NCBI GenBank assembly: GCA_963804995.1
Contig: CAWDSK010000002.1
Coordinates: 128,001 to 192,000 of the forward strand
DNA: 64,000 nucleotides
Source of the DNA: an uncultured Acidobacteriota bacterium
Lineage (GTDB): Bacteria; Acidobacteriota; Terriglobia; UBA7540
Direction: 5' to 3'
The notes beneath the pieces are model-generated. The model did not search any database, was not told the origin of the DNA, and saw nothing but the letters and a program-made list of their open reading frames with translations. The translations under genes and the position numbers were made by a program. Shown here piece after piece: positions 9,728-18,044 of this stretch (positions within the stretch are counted from its first letter, which is position 1; each line of letters opens with the position of its first letter).

Positions 9728-11602
9728 CTATTCTACCGTCACTGACTTCGCCAGGTTACGCGGCTGGTCCACGTCGCAGCCCCGCAATACTCCGATGTGG
9801 TAGGCCAGCAATTGCAGCGGCACCACTTCCAGGATCGCCGAGAGCAGTTCATTGGTATGCGGCAGGACGATCAGGTGGTCCGCCATGTCGCACACTTCGC
9901 GATCGCCTTCGGTCACCAGCGCCAGGATGGAAGCGCCGCGCGCCTTCGCTTCCTTGATGTTCGAAATCGTGCGCTCGTAACGGGTGCGCGAATCCTCCGC
10001 GCTAAAGTCACACGTGGCGATCACCACCACCGGCAGGCCATCGGCGATCAACGCGTTCGGCCCGTGCTTCATTTCGCCGGCAGGATAGGCCTCGGCGTGG
10101 ATGTAGGAAAGCTTCTTCATCTTCAACGCGCCTTCGAGCGCCACAGGAAAGTGCACGCCCCGGCCAAGGAAGAGGAAATCCGATGAGCGGTAGAAATGCC
10201 GCGCCAGGTCTTCAAACTCATCGTCCTTCTGGAGCACGCTCTCGAGTTGTCCGGGGAGCGCGGTCAAAGCCGCCAGCAGTGGCTTTGCTTCCGCGCCTGT
10301 CAGATGGTGGCGGGTTTGCGCCAGGTAAACCGCAAACAGATAGAGCGCGGTCAACTGCGCGGTGAACGTCTTGGTTGAGCCCACACCAATTTCCGGACCC
10401 GCGTGGGTATAGATGGTGCCATGCGCCTCGCGCGGCGCCATGCTGCCCAGCACGTTGCAGATCACCAGCGTCTTCGAACCCTTGGCCTGCGCCTCGCGCT
10501 GGGCGGCGATGGTGTCAGCCGTTTCGCCGGATTGCGTGATGAGCAGCGTGAGTATTTGAGGATCGACCAAGGGGTCACGGTAGCGGAATTCCGAGGCGTA
10601 ATCCACTTCCACGGGCACGCGCGCCAGCCGCTCAATCAATACTTTTCCCGCGAGGCCCGCGTGCCGCGAGGTCCCGGCGGCGACAATCTTGATTTCCTTG
10701 AACGACCGGAAATCCTCCTCGCTGATTTCCATCTCATCCAGGAAGACCTGGCCGGACTCAGGCGAGACTCTGCCCAGAGCTGTGTCGCGCACTGCGCGGG
10801 GCTGCTCGTAGATTTCTTTAAGCGTGAAGTGCTTGAACCCACCCTTTTCGGCCAGAATGGGGTCCCAGGTGATGTGCTGGACGCGGCGCGTCACAGGATG
10901 GCCATCGAAATCGGTCAGCGTCACGCCGTTGGGAGTGAGCACGGCCACGTCGCCGTCGGCCAGGAAGAACAAGTCGCGGGTGTGGTAGAGGATGGCCGGG
11001 ACGTCGCTCGCCACAAAATATTCGTCCTTGCCCAGGCCGATTACCGCAGGCGGTCCCTGCCGCACCGCCACGATCTTGTTCAAATCGCGCGTGGAAATGA
11101 TCGCGAGCGCGAACACCCCCGTGAGCTGCCGCACGGCCGCGCGCACGGCGTCTTCAAGACTGGTCGCAGGGTGTGCGGGATCTAAGCTCCCCAGGTGCTT
11201 CTCCACCAGGTGAGCGATCACTTCCGTATCGACTTCAGTCGAAAACCGGTGGCCTTCGGCTTCGAGCTGCTTCTTCAGCTCCAGGTAGTTTTCAATAATC
11301 CCGTTGTGAACCACCATGACGGTGTGGTGACAATCGGAATGCGGATGCGCGTTCTCCTCCGTGGGCGCGCCATGCGTGGCCCAGCGCGTGTGTCCGATGC
11401 CATAGGCTCCGTCCACGGGATCGAGGCGGATTTTCTCCTCAAGGTTGCGCAACTTGCCCGGCGAGCGGCGGATGTCGAGCTTGCCCTCGCGCATCACCGC
11501 CAGGCCGGCGGAATCGTAGCCGCGGTATTGCAGCCGCTGCAATCCTTCCAGCAGTACGGGTACCACGCGCTTGTTTCCGATGTAGCCGATAATTCCCGAC
11601 AT
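9728..11602 (-). CDS. glmS: Glutamine-fructose-6-phosphate aminotransferase homolog with substituted catalytic residues
   Basis: [37 protein letters not shown] and [11 protein letters not shown] motifs; begins MSG instead of MCG. Confidence 0.93.
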   Translation of the reverse strand: MSGIIGYIGNKRVVPVLLEGLQRLQYRGYDSAGLAVMREGKLDIRRSPGKLRNLEEKIRLDPVDGAYGIGHTRWATHGAPTEENAHPHSDCHHTVMVVHNGIIENYLELKKQLEAEGHRFSTEVDTEVIAHLVEKHLGSLDPAHPATSLEDAVRAAVRQLTGVFALAIISTRDLNKIVAVRQGPPAVIGLGKDEYFVASDVPAILYHTRDLFFLADGDVAVLTPNGVTLTDFDGHPVTRRVQHITWDPILAEKGGFKHFTLKEIYEQPRAVRDTALGRVSPESGQVFLDEMEISEEDFRSFKEIKIVAAGTSRHAGLAGKVLIERLARVPVEVDYASEFRYRDPLVDPQILTLLITQSGETADTIAAQREAQAKGSKTLVICNVLGSMAPREAHGTIYTHAGPEIGVGSTKTFTAQLTALYLFAVYLAQTRHHLTGAEAKPLLAALTALPGQLESVLQKDDEFEDLARHFYRSSDFLFLGRGVHFPVALEGALKMKKLSYIHAEAYPAGEMKHGPNALIADGLPVVVIATCDFSAEDSRTRYERTISNIKEAKARGASILALVTEGDREVCDMADHLIVLPHTNELLSAILEVVPLQLLAYHIGVLRGCDVDQPRNLAKSVTVE

Positions 11603-11800
11603 GATATTTCTCTTTAAGGAAGGTGGTGCAGCCCGAAACTCTCACGCCAACGCGGCGGCGAGTTGATGAATTGCTGATTATAGCAGCAGCACGCTCAGGC
11701 ACACTGGAATATGACAGGGCCACTCGGGGTGCAGGTTTGTAGCGGCAGCTCGTTTTTCGTCAGCGCCTTCGAGGAATAAATCCCGCCTTAGTGCGGTCAC

Positions 11801-13123
11801 TCACACCACCGGCTGCGCGAAGTAGGCGGGGTAGTGGCGCGGGAAGGACTTCTTCTCGCGATAGGAGCGGGCGAGTTCCATATAAATCCCCAGGTCGCGG
11901 TCGAGGTCCGACTGCGTGCCGTCGAAGTAGAAATTGCGGATGGGGATTCCGCCGTAGGCTTTACTGAGCTTCGGGTAGATGGCCTCGCTCACGATGCCGT
12001 TCATGCAGGTGAAGGGGCTGATATCGATGATGCCGTCGGCGCCATGCTTGGCAAGGTACGCGGCCTTGCCCACGCTCAGCACCATCTCACCCAGCGCACC
12101 GCCGGTGGGCAGATAAGGCCAGGCAAGCTCCAGGATTTCTTCGATGGGAGGCTCTTCATAGCCCACGAAATCATCCTCGAAGGGCGCCAGCAATGCCTTC
12201 TCGTCGGAGTGTTGGATGTGTGAGGTCAGGTGGGCTTTGACCATTGCCAACGAGAGTTTCCGGCCGGTCAGCAGGAGTTTACGTTTCTGCTCGTTGTTGG
12301 TGTACTCAACCCATTCGCCAATGTGGCTCAGCCAAGCCTCCGCCCCGTAGCTTTCCATCTTACGGACGAGGTCTTCGTTGGAGAAGGTGTTGAGGCGGCA
12401 GAAAATTTCGCCCACCACGCCGATCAGCGGGATCTCGCGATCGTAAAGCGCCGGGACACGCTGGAAGCGGGCACGGGCGCGGGTCATGGCCGCGGCGATA
12501 GACTGGAGCTGGCAGGCGGCCTCGGCGCAACTTGATTCGATCGTCTTGCACACGTCTTCCAGAGATTCCTGGAAGGCGCGGTCGGCAGCACCCGGAGCGG
12601 TTTCGTAGGGGCGCGTCTTGAGCAGCGCGCGGTGCAGCGTATCAGCCGCGAGCAGCGCCCGCCACGCCGTCCGCAGGAAAAGGTTGGCGATGTCAGCACC
12701 CAGGTCCGCGTACCCGTTCTCGCTGGTGGGGGAGAGAACTTGCACGTCGCCGTATCCCGCGTCGCGCAGAATCTTGCGCAGGAAGGGCGCGTATTGGCCG
12801 AAGCGGCATGGTCCGTCGGCCGTGGGCATGAAGAAAGCCGTATGTTCCGCGTTGAAGCCGGGCTGCTCGATCACGCGCAGGAAATCGCCCACCGTCACCT
12901 TGGCGGGATAGCATTCGTCGCCGGTGGTGTATTTAGCGCCCAGCTCACGCGTGCGCTCGTCGGACGGCGGTGTGGGTTTCGCGTCCACCCCCAGGAAGCG
13001 GAACGCCGCCGCAAAGGCTTCCGGACTGCCCTCGCCCATTGTGGGGATATAGAGGGTCTTCCCGCTCAGCGGGTGGCCGGGGTCTATTTTGCGGCTGACA
13101 TGACGGTGTCCGAAGAAGGGCAT
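11801..13123 (-). CDS. 2-hydroxyacyl-CoA dehydratase/activase-associated protein (C-terminal module)
   Basis: GDECYP, GPCRFGQY, IGVVGEIF and PFTCM motifs; overlaps the upstream activase gene. Confidence 0.8.
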   Translation of the reverse strand: MPFFGHRHVSRKIDPGHPLSGKTLYIPTMGEGSPEAFAAAFRFLGVDAKPTPPSDERTRELGAKYTTGDECYPAKVTVGDFLRVIEQPGFNAEHTAFFMPTADGPCRFGQYAPFLRKILRDAGYGDVQVLSPTSENGYADLGADIANLFLRTAWRALLAADTLHRALLKTRPYETAPGAADRAFQESLEDVCKTIESSCAEAACQLQSIAAAMTRARARFQRVPALYDREIPLIGVVGEIFCRLNTFSNEDLVRKMESYGAEAWLSHIGEWVEYTNNEQKRKLLLTGRKLSLAMVKAHLTSHIQHSDEKALLAPFEDDFVGYEEPPIEEILELAWPYLPTGGALGEMVLSVGKAAYLAKHGADGIIDISPFTCMNGIVSEAIYPKLSKAYGGIPIRNFYFDGTQSDLDRDLGIYMELARSYREKKSFPRHYPAYFAQPVV

Positions 13124-16100
13124 CGCAAGAATCCTTTGCTGTCGAGATACGCTTCGCAGCGGGTGATGAAGCCTGCGTCGTTCGAGTGCCCGTCGAACTG
13201 CAGGATGAGCGAAGGCTTGCCCGCGGCGTCGTCCAGAAACGACTTGATGTAGGAGTCGGGGCCACACTTGAAGTTCGAAATGTAAACCAGGTGCAGATTG
13301 GGGTGGCGCCGCGCAATGCGGGCCGCGGCCAGGATGCGCCGCCCCGAATTCCAATACATGTTGGGATTAACGTCTGAGATATCCTCGAGGTCCAGCGGCA
13401 GGGCATCCATGGGAAGCACGTTCACACCATAGAGCGCGCGAAGCTTGCGCGGGATATCGCAATTCACGCTGCGGTCATAGAGATTGTACGGCCGCCCCAC
13501 CAGCACCAGGGCCGGTTCCGAAGTTTCCCGCAACTGATCGAGAGCCTCTCTACCCGCGTCCAGCAACGCGTCTGTGAAGGCGCCCTGCGCCGCGTAGGCA
13601 GCCATCACAGCCCGAGCGTTCGCGCGCGCCGACACACCCAGGCCTCGGGCGAACTTAGCCAGCGCCTTTTCCACATGCTTTCGTCCGAGGCGGAAATGCA
13701 CGGTGGGCGCCAGGAACTTGGATTGGGCAGCTTCCAATTGCGGCACCGCGCGGATGACGAACGGGAGGGTCTGGTTCCAGGGGCAGAGGTGGGAATCAAC
13801 CTTGCTCGGCGGCCCTTCCACGTTCACCATGTTGGGAATCAGGATGTAATCGATGCCCTTCTCAAGCAGGTTCTGGACGTGCCCATGCGCCACCTTCACC
13901 GGGAAGCACGGCTGGGCGATGGCCAACTCTTCACCCGCCATGGATATCTTGCGGTCGGTCGGGGAAGAGACTATGACGTCATAATTCAGTTCCTGGAAAT
14001 ACGCACACCAGAAGGGGAAACGGTCGTAGTAATACATCGTACGGGGAATCCCCACGGTGGGGCGGTTTCCCTTGGCCGGCAGCAGCGTTTCTTCCAGCAG
14101 TTTTTCGCGCCACTCGATCAAATCTTCGATCACGGGCTTGCGGTCAGTGCGTGCCCTCTTGCGGAACTTGTCAGAGCACTTGTCTCCCCAGTAGGTGCGT
14201 TGTCCCTCAATATTGAATTCCTTCATGTCGCAATAATTGGAGCAGGCCTGGCACACGAACTCGCGAGTGGTGAAGTTCACCCGATTCAGGTCATAGCCCC
14301 GGAAGCGGCTGGCCTCGGTGGTGCCCTTCATGCGGTCGCGGGCGATCAGAGCCATCCCAATGGCGCCGATCACGCCGTTGTGCGGCGGCACGATGACTTG
14401 CTTCCCAAGAATCTGCGAGAAGGCCGCCGCCACCGCGTCGTTGTAAGCCGTACCGCCTTGGAAGAAGATCACGTTGCCGATCTTCCGTCCCCGCACCACG
14501 CGGTTCAGATAGTTGAGCGCCACCGAATACGCCAGGCCCGCGGCCAGGTCTCCCACCTCCGCGCCTTTGTGCATCAACCCCGTGACGTCGCGCTCCATGA
14601 ACACGGTGCAGCGCTCGCCCAGGCGCGCGGGGTTGGCGGACCCCAGCGCCAGCCGCGCAAATTCTTCTTTGATGGAAATCCCCAGCTTCTCCGCCTGCTC
14701 TTCCAGGAACGAGCCGGTGCCCGCGGCGCAAGCCTCGTTCATGGTGAAGTCCACCACCACGCCCTTGTTGATGCGGATGAACTTGGAATCCTGCCCGCCG
14801 ATTTCGAAGATGGTGTCCACGGGTTCCATGCCCATCTGATTGCAGACGTGCATGGAGCCGGTCTTGTGCGCGGTGATTTCGTCGTTCACGGTGTCCGCGC
14901 CTACCAGTTCGCCGATCAACTCGCGGCCGGAGCCCGTGGTGCCCACGCCGCGAATATCGAGCGACGTGGCCAGCTCCGCCTCGATTTCCTTAAGGCCGCG
15001 ATCCACAACCTCAATCGGCCGCCCTTGAGTGCGGAGATAAATCTCCTTCAGCAGGTTTCCCTCCGCATCGATCACCACCAGGTTGGTTGAGACGGAACCG
15101 ATGTCGATGCCAAGATAGGCTTCCACCCGTTCGCCCGGAGCAGGCAGCCTCGCAGGTTCCGCGCGGTCGCGCAGCAAGAGGACATGCTGCATGGAGAGGG
15201 GATCTGAACAGGCAAAGTTCTTGCGGGCGGCCTCGTGCTGGCGCAATTGATGAATCCGCTTGAACGACCGCTTGCGGTATTCCTCCGCTTCCAGCATCGC
15301 CGCGCCCATCGCTCCCAGCCACGCGTAGTGCTCAGGAATAAGCAGGTCGGATTCGCTGAGCTTGAACGCCTCACGCAGGGCGTTTGAGACTCCCTGGTTC
15401 ATGGCCACGCCGCCAATAAACGCCACGGGAGGGACCACGGCGCGGCCCTTCACGATGCTCGATTTGTAATTACGCGCCACGGCGTCGCACAGGCCGCGCA
15501 GAATCTGGTCTGTGGTATAACCCTTCTGCTGGGCGTGAATCATGTCGGTCTTGGCGAAGACCGAACAGCGGCCCGCAATCCGCGCCGCGCAACTGGCCCC
15601 GCAGGCCGCGGGACCGACTTCCTCAATTGTGTAGAGCAGCCGTGTGGCCTGCTGGTCGATGAACGAACCCGTCCCCGCCGCGCATTCGCCGCTGGTCTGG
15701 TAATCAAGAATGCCCAGGTGCTTGCCGGACACGTTCGGGTCCATGCGGAGGTATTTGGAAGCTTCCCCTCCCATTTCGAAAACCGTGCGCACTTGCGGGT
15801 AGAACATCCGCAACCCCTTGGCAATGGCGCGGAATTCATTCTCGAAGTAGATGCCCAGAACTTTAGCAATCAGTTGGCTGCCGGAGCCCGTCACGCGAAT
15901 GCCTTCCACGCTTTCTTCCGGCAGGTGGTCGTAGAGCTCCTTCAGCAGGTCGAAGGTCGACTGGATGGGGCTTCCTTGCAGGCGGCGGTAACGCGACATC
16001 ACCAGCGGGCGGCCGGCAAAGGGACTTGCCTCCGGGAAGGAGGCGGCGTAAAAGGTTTCGGATTTCTCGGTAAGCTGCCGAAAACCGGGTCCATCGTCCG

Positions 16101-16164
16101 GGCCCCCAATGGCCGCCAACTTTAAACTAACGGCGCCGATATCCAGACCGATGTTGATGCTCAT
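13084..16164 (-). CDS. CoA-substrate-specific enzyme activase (two BadF/BadG/BcrA/BcrD ATPase domains plus a DUF2229-like region)
   Basis: Two GxDIG...TGSG...EIGGQDSK...CAAGTGSF units; CxxCxNxC, PCFPVK and FKCGPD motifs. Confidence 0.9.
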   Translation of the reverse strand: MSINIGLDIGAVSLKLAAIGGPDDGPGFRQLTEKSETFYAASFPEASPFAGRPLVMSRYRRLQGSPIQSTFDLLKELYDHLPEESVEGIRVTGSGSQLIAKVLGIYFENEFRAIAKGLRMFYPQVRTVFEMGGEASKYLRMDPNVSGKHLGILDYQTSGECAAGTGSFIDQQATRLLYTIEEVGPAACGASCAARIAGRCSVFAKTDMIHAQQKGYTTDQILRGLCDAVARNYKSSIVKGRAVVPPVAFIGGVAMNQGVSNALREAFKLSESDLLIPEHYAWLGAMGAAMLEAEEYRKRSFKRIHQLRQHEAARKNFACSDPLSMQHVLLLRDRAEPARLPAPGERVEAYLGIDIGSVSTNLVVIDAEGNLLKEIYLRTQGRPIEVVDRGLKEIEAELATSLDIRGVGTTGSGRELIGELVGADTVNDEITAHKTGSMHVCNQMGMEPVDTIFEIGGQDSKFIRINKGVVVDFTMNEACAAGTGSFLEEQAEKLGISIKEEFARLALGSANPARLGERCTVFMERDVTGLMHKGAEVGDLAAGLAYSVALNYLNRVVRGRKIGNVIFFQGGTAYNDAVAAAFSQILGKQVIVPPHNGVIGAIGMALIARDRMKGTTEASRFRGYDLNRVNFTTREFVCQACSNYCDMKEFNIEGQRTYWGDKCSDKFRKRARTDRKPVIEDLIEWREKLLEETLLPAKGNRPTVGIPRTMYYYDRFPFWCAYFQELNYDVIVSSPTDRKISMAGEELAIAQPCFPVKVAHGHVQNLLEKGIDYILIPNMVNVEGPPSKVDSHLCPWNQTLPFVIRAVPQLEAAQSKFLAPTVHFRLGRKHVEKALAKFARGLGVSARANARAVMAAYAAQGAFTDALLDAGREALDQLRETSEPALVLVGRPYNLYDRSVNCDIPRKLRALYGVNVLPMDALPLDLEDISDVNPNMYWNSGRRILAAARIARRHPNLHLVYISNFKCGPDSYIKSFLDDAAGKPSLILQFDGHSNDAGFITRCEAYLDSKGFLRCPSSDTVMSAAK

Positions 16165-16608
16165 AGGCTTCCAGGGATTGCTATTGGACGCCAAGGATAA
16201 GGCCACTTGGCCTGCTCATCCACCCCTTCTGTTCCGGCATTCCCGCCGCTCGCCCTGGCACGAGGGATAGTAGGTTCGGGTCAAAACACGCTAAGGCCGA
16301 CTACAAGGAGAAACACCGGCAATTCAGATTCCGAGGGGCGACGGGAGGTCTAAAATCGGCCAATTTGACAGTTAAAATCGGAAGCATAGTCCGATTTATT
16401 GCGACAATCTGTCTCGCCCCTTGATTCATCCGGGCCATCTGACCTGTCGTCGCTTTCCGCGCCAATCATGATATGAGCTCCAAGATGGTTTCTTCCTTAA
16501 CGAAACTCTCCGTGTCCTCCCTAACGCAACATCGCAAATCCTCTTTTTGAGCATAAGTTTTGAATTTTCACGTAGGGCCGACGCTTGGTGCGAATGGCGA
16601 TGGCTTGG

Positions 16609-16991
16609 TCCATTTTTCTTCCCATTTTCTTCACTAACTACCTTTCTTTTCATAAACATCGTTAGAAAGAATACATAACTTACTTGCTTTCATCAACTTG
16701 GAGAAGCTTGCTCCATTTTTCTTCCCACTCTTTTCATCTAACTCCCTTTCTTTTCATAAACATCGTCAGAAAACATTCATAACTTACTTGTTTTCATCAA
16801 CATCGTTAGACTTGCCAAATTGTCGCTTTTGTTTTCCTTTGTTTTCATACACATCGTTAGACTATCCTGATCGAAATTATTTGCGCTATTTTCCTTACCC
16901 GCAGTAAATGTAACTCATTTTATTTCAACTAGATAGGTTTTTGCCAAAAAACCTCTTTCCACGCCTAACCCTCTTTCTTTTCATAAACATC
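16609..16991 (-). repeat. AT-rich array of about seven 28-bp motifs, including a tandem duplication of about 100 bp
   Basis: Plus-strand TAACTnnnTTkyTTTTCATmAACATCG at about 16634, 16675, 16738, 16779, 16836, 16911 and 16966; 16609-16701 resembles 16713-16805. Confidence 0.85.
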
Positions 16992-17111
16992 TTCAGAAGC
17001 AGCGGGCGCTGGAGGCCGAAAGACGGAAGAATTTGGTCTTGGCATGGCGCTGCGCTCTCCCCAAAGCGTCTCCGTGACCTCGGGGAGAAAGCTCTTCGGG
17101 ATGCAGAGGAC

Positions 17112-17406
17112 ACAGAGACATGTTTGCAGACACAAGAAGCATTCTCGGCGGGCTGGCGCAGAACGAGCTCAGCTCCGCGATTTATGGCTCTCGCCGCCCG
17201 AACACGCTCGGATTTGGATAGGCCCGTTGATATTTTCATTTCAAGTTCTGAGCAAGACGCAGAGCCAAAAATCCTGGCTCTGCGCCACCCGGCCCGTCAA
17301 CTCTCCGTGACCTCTGTGCCCTCTGTGGTGAGTCTTTTCTGCGCCGCACTCGAAGACGTTGGCGCTTAGTGCTACAGAGACTTGTTTGCAAACAGAAGAA
17401 GCATTC
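17112..17406 (+). repeat. Pair of 33-bp direct repeats (30/33 identical)
   Basis: 17112-17144 and 17374-17406; core palindrome TGTTTGCAAACA. Confidence 0.85.
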
Positions 17407-17714
17407 ACGGTCGGGCACAGCAGCCCTCCGGTCTCGGGGTCCCCGGTTCTTCGAGGGCTGCCTGGACACCTCATGGGGCTAAACCTTCCTCACCTCTATT
17501 GTGCTCTTAATCGACTGGGTTATGTCAATAAGATAAATGCACCTTCAGGCTACCGGTAGCCCAAAAGTGCAGTGAGGGCGCGTAAATGTCCGGAACTCCC
17601 CAAAAAACCACCGCTTTGCCGGGTTTTCACGCAGATCTCCCTTCCGACGACCCGAAGTGTATGCCGCAGCGAGTTGAGAAATAACGGCCAACAATCGAAA
17701 TCACAATTGCCCCT

Positions 17715-17790
17715 TTATCCACCGCGTTTTCCACAAGCCAAGTCATTGAAAATAGGCTAAGGCATTGAGGTTTTCCACATGTGGAAAACC
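17715..17790. promoter_or_regulatory. Cluster of four DnaA-box-like 9-mers
   Basis: TTATCCACC 17715, TTTTCCACA 17727, TTTTCCACA 17771 and TGTGGAAAA 17780; each has one mismatch to TTATCCACA. Confidence 0.55.
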
Positions 17791-17809
17791 CCGCGATCCT
17801 GAGGCACTC

Positions 17810-18001
17810 GGCGCGGTCAGCGAGGCAACGCAGGCGCAGTATGTTCAGCAAGTGAGGGCAATCCTGCCGAGCCTGCCTTACGTGGAGAGGGCCCATTGGT
17901 ACCAATTGCAGGATGCCTGCAGCCGAGCCGATGATCCGGAATGCAACTATCGGCTGTACCGCACCGATGGTTCGCCCAAGCCGGGGGTGCTCAATTGGTA
18001 G
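17810..18001 (+). pseudogene. Possible C-terminal remnant of a TIM-barrel glycoside hydrolase gene
   Basis: EATQAQYV...LPYVERAHWYQLQD...NYRLYRTDGSPKP resembles the end of clan GH-A enzymes; no plausible start. Confidence 0.4.
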
Positions 18002-18044
18002 GGAAGCAAGTCAGTTACAGATGCTCGCACGTACGCCAGCCAGC

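Noticed and set aside
11603..11800. glmS ribozyme upstream of the glmS homolog
   Set aside because: No recognisable conserved ribozyme core by eye; an Infernal/Rfam search would be needed to exclude it formally.
16609..16991. CRISPR array
   Set aside because: Repeats are degenerate and irregularly spaced, the intervening sequences are partly duplicated, and no cas genes are in the window.
16426..17559. Several short ORFs (for example MFMKRK...)
   Set aside because: Derived from repeat motifs, overlap in conflicting frames, and show no protein signature.
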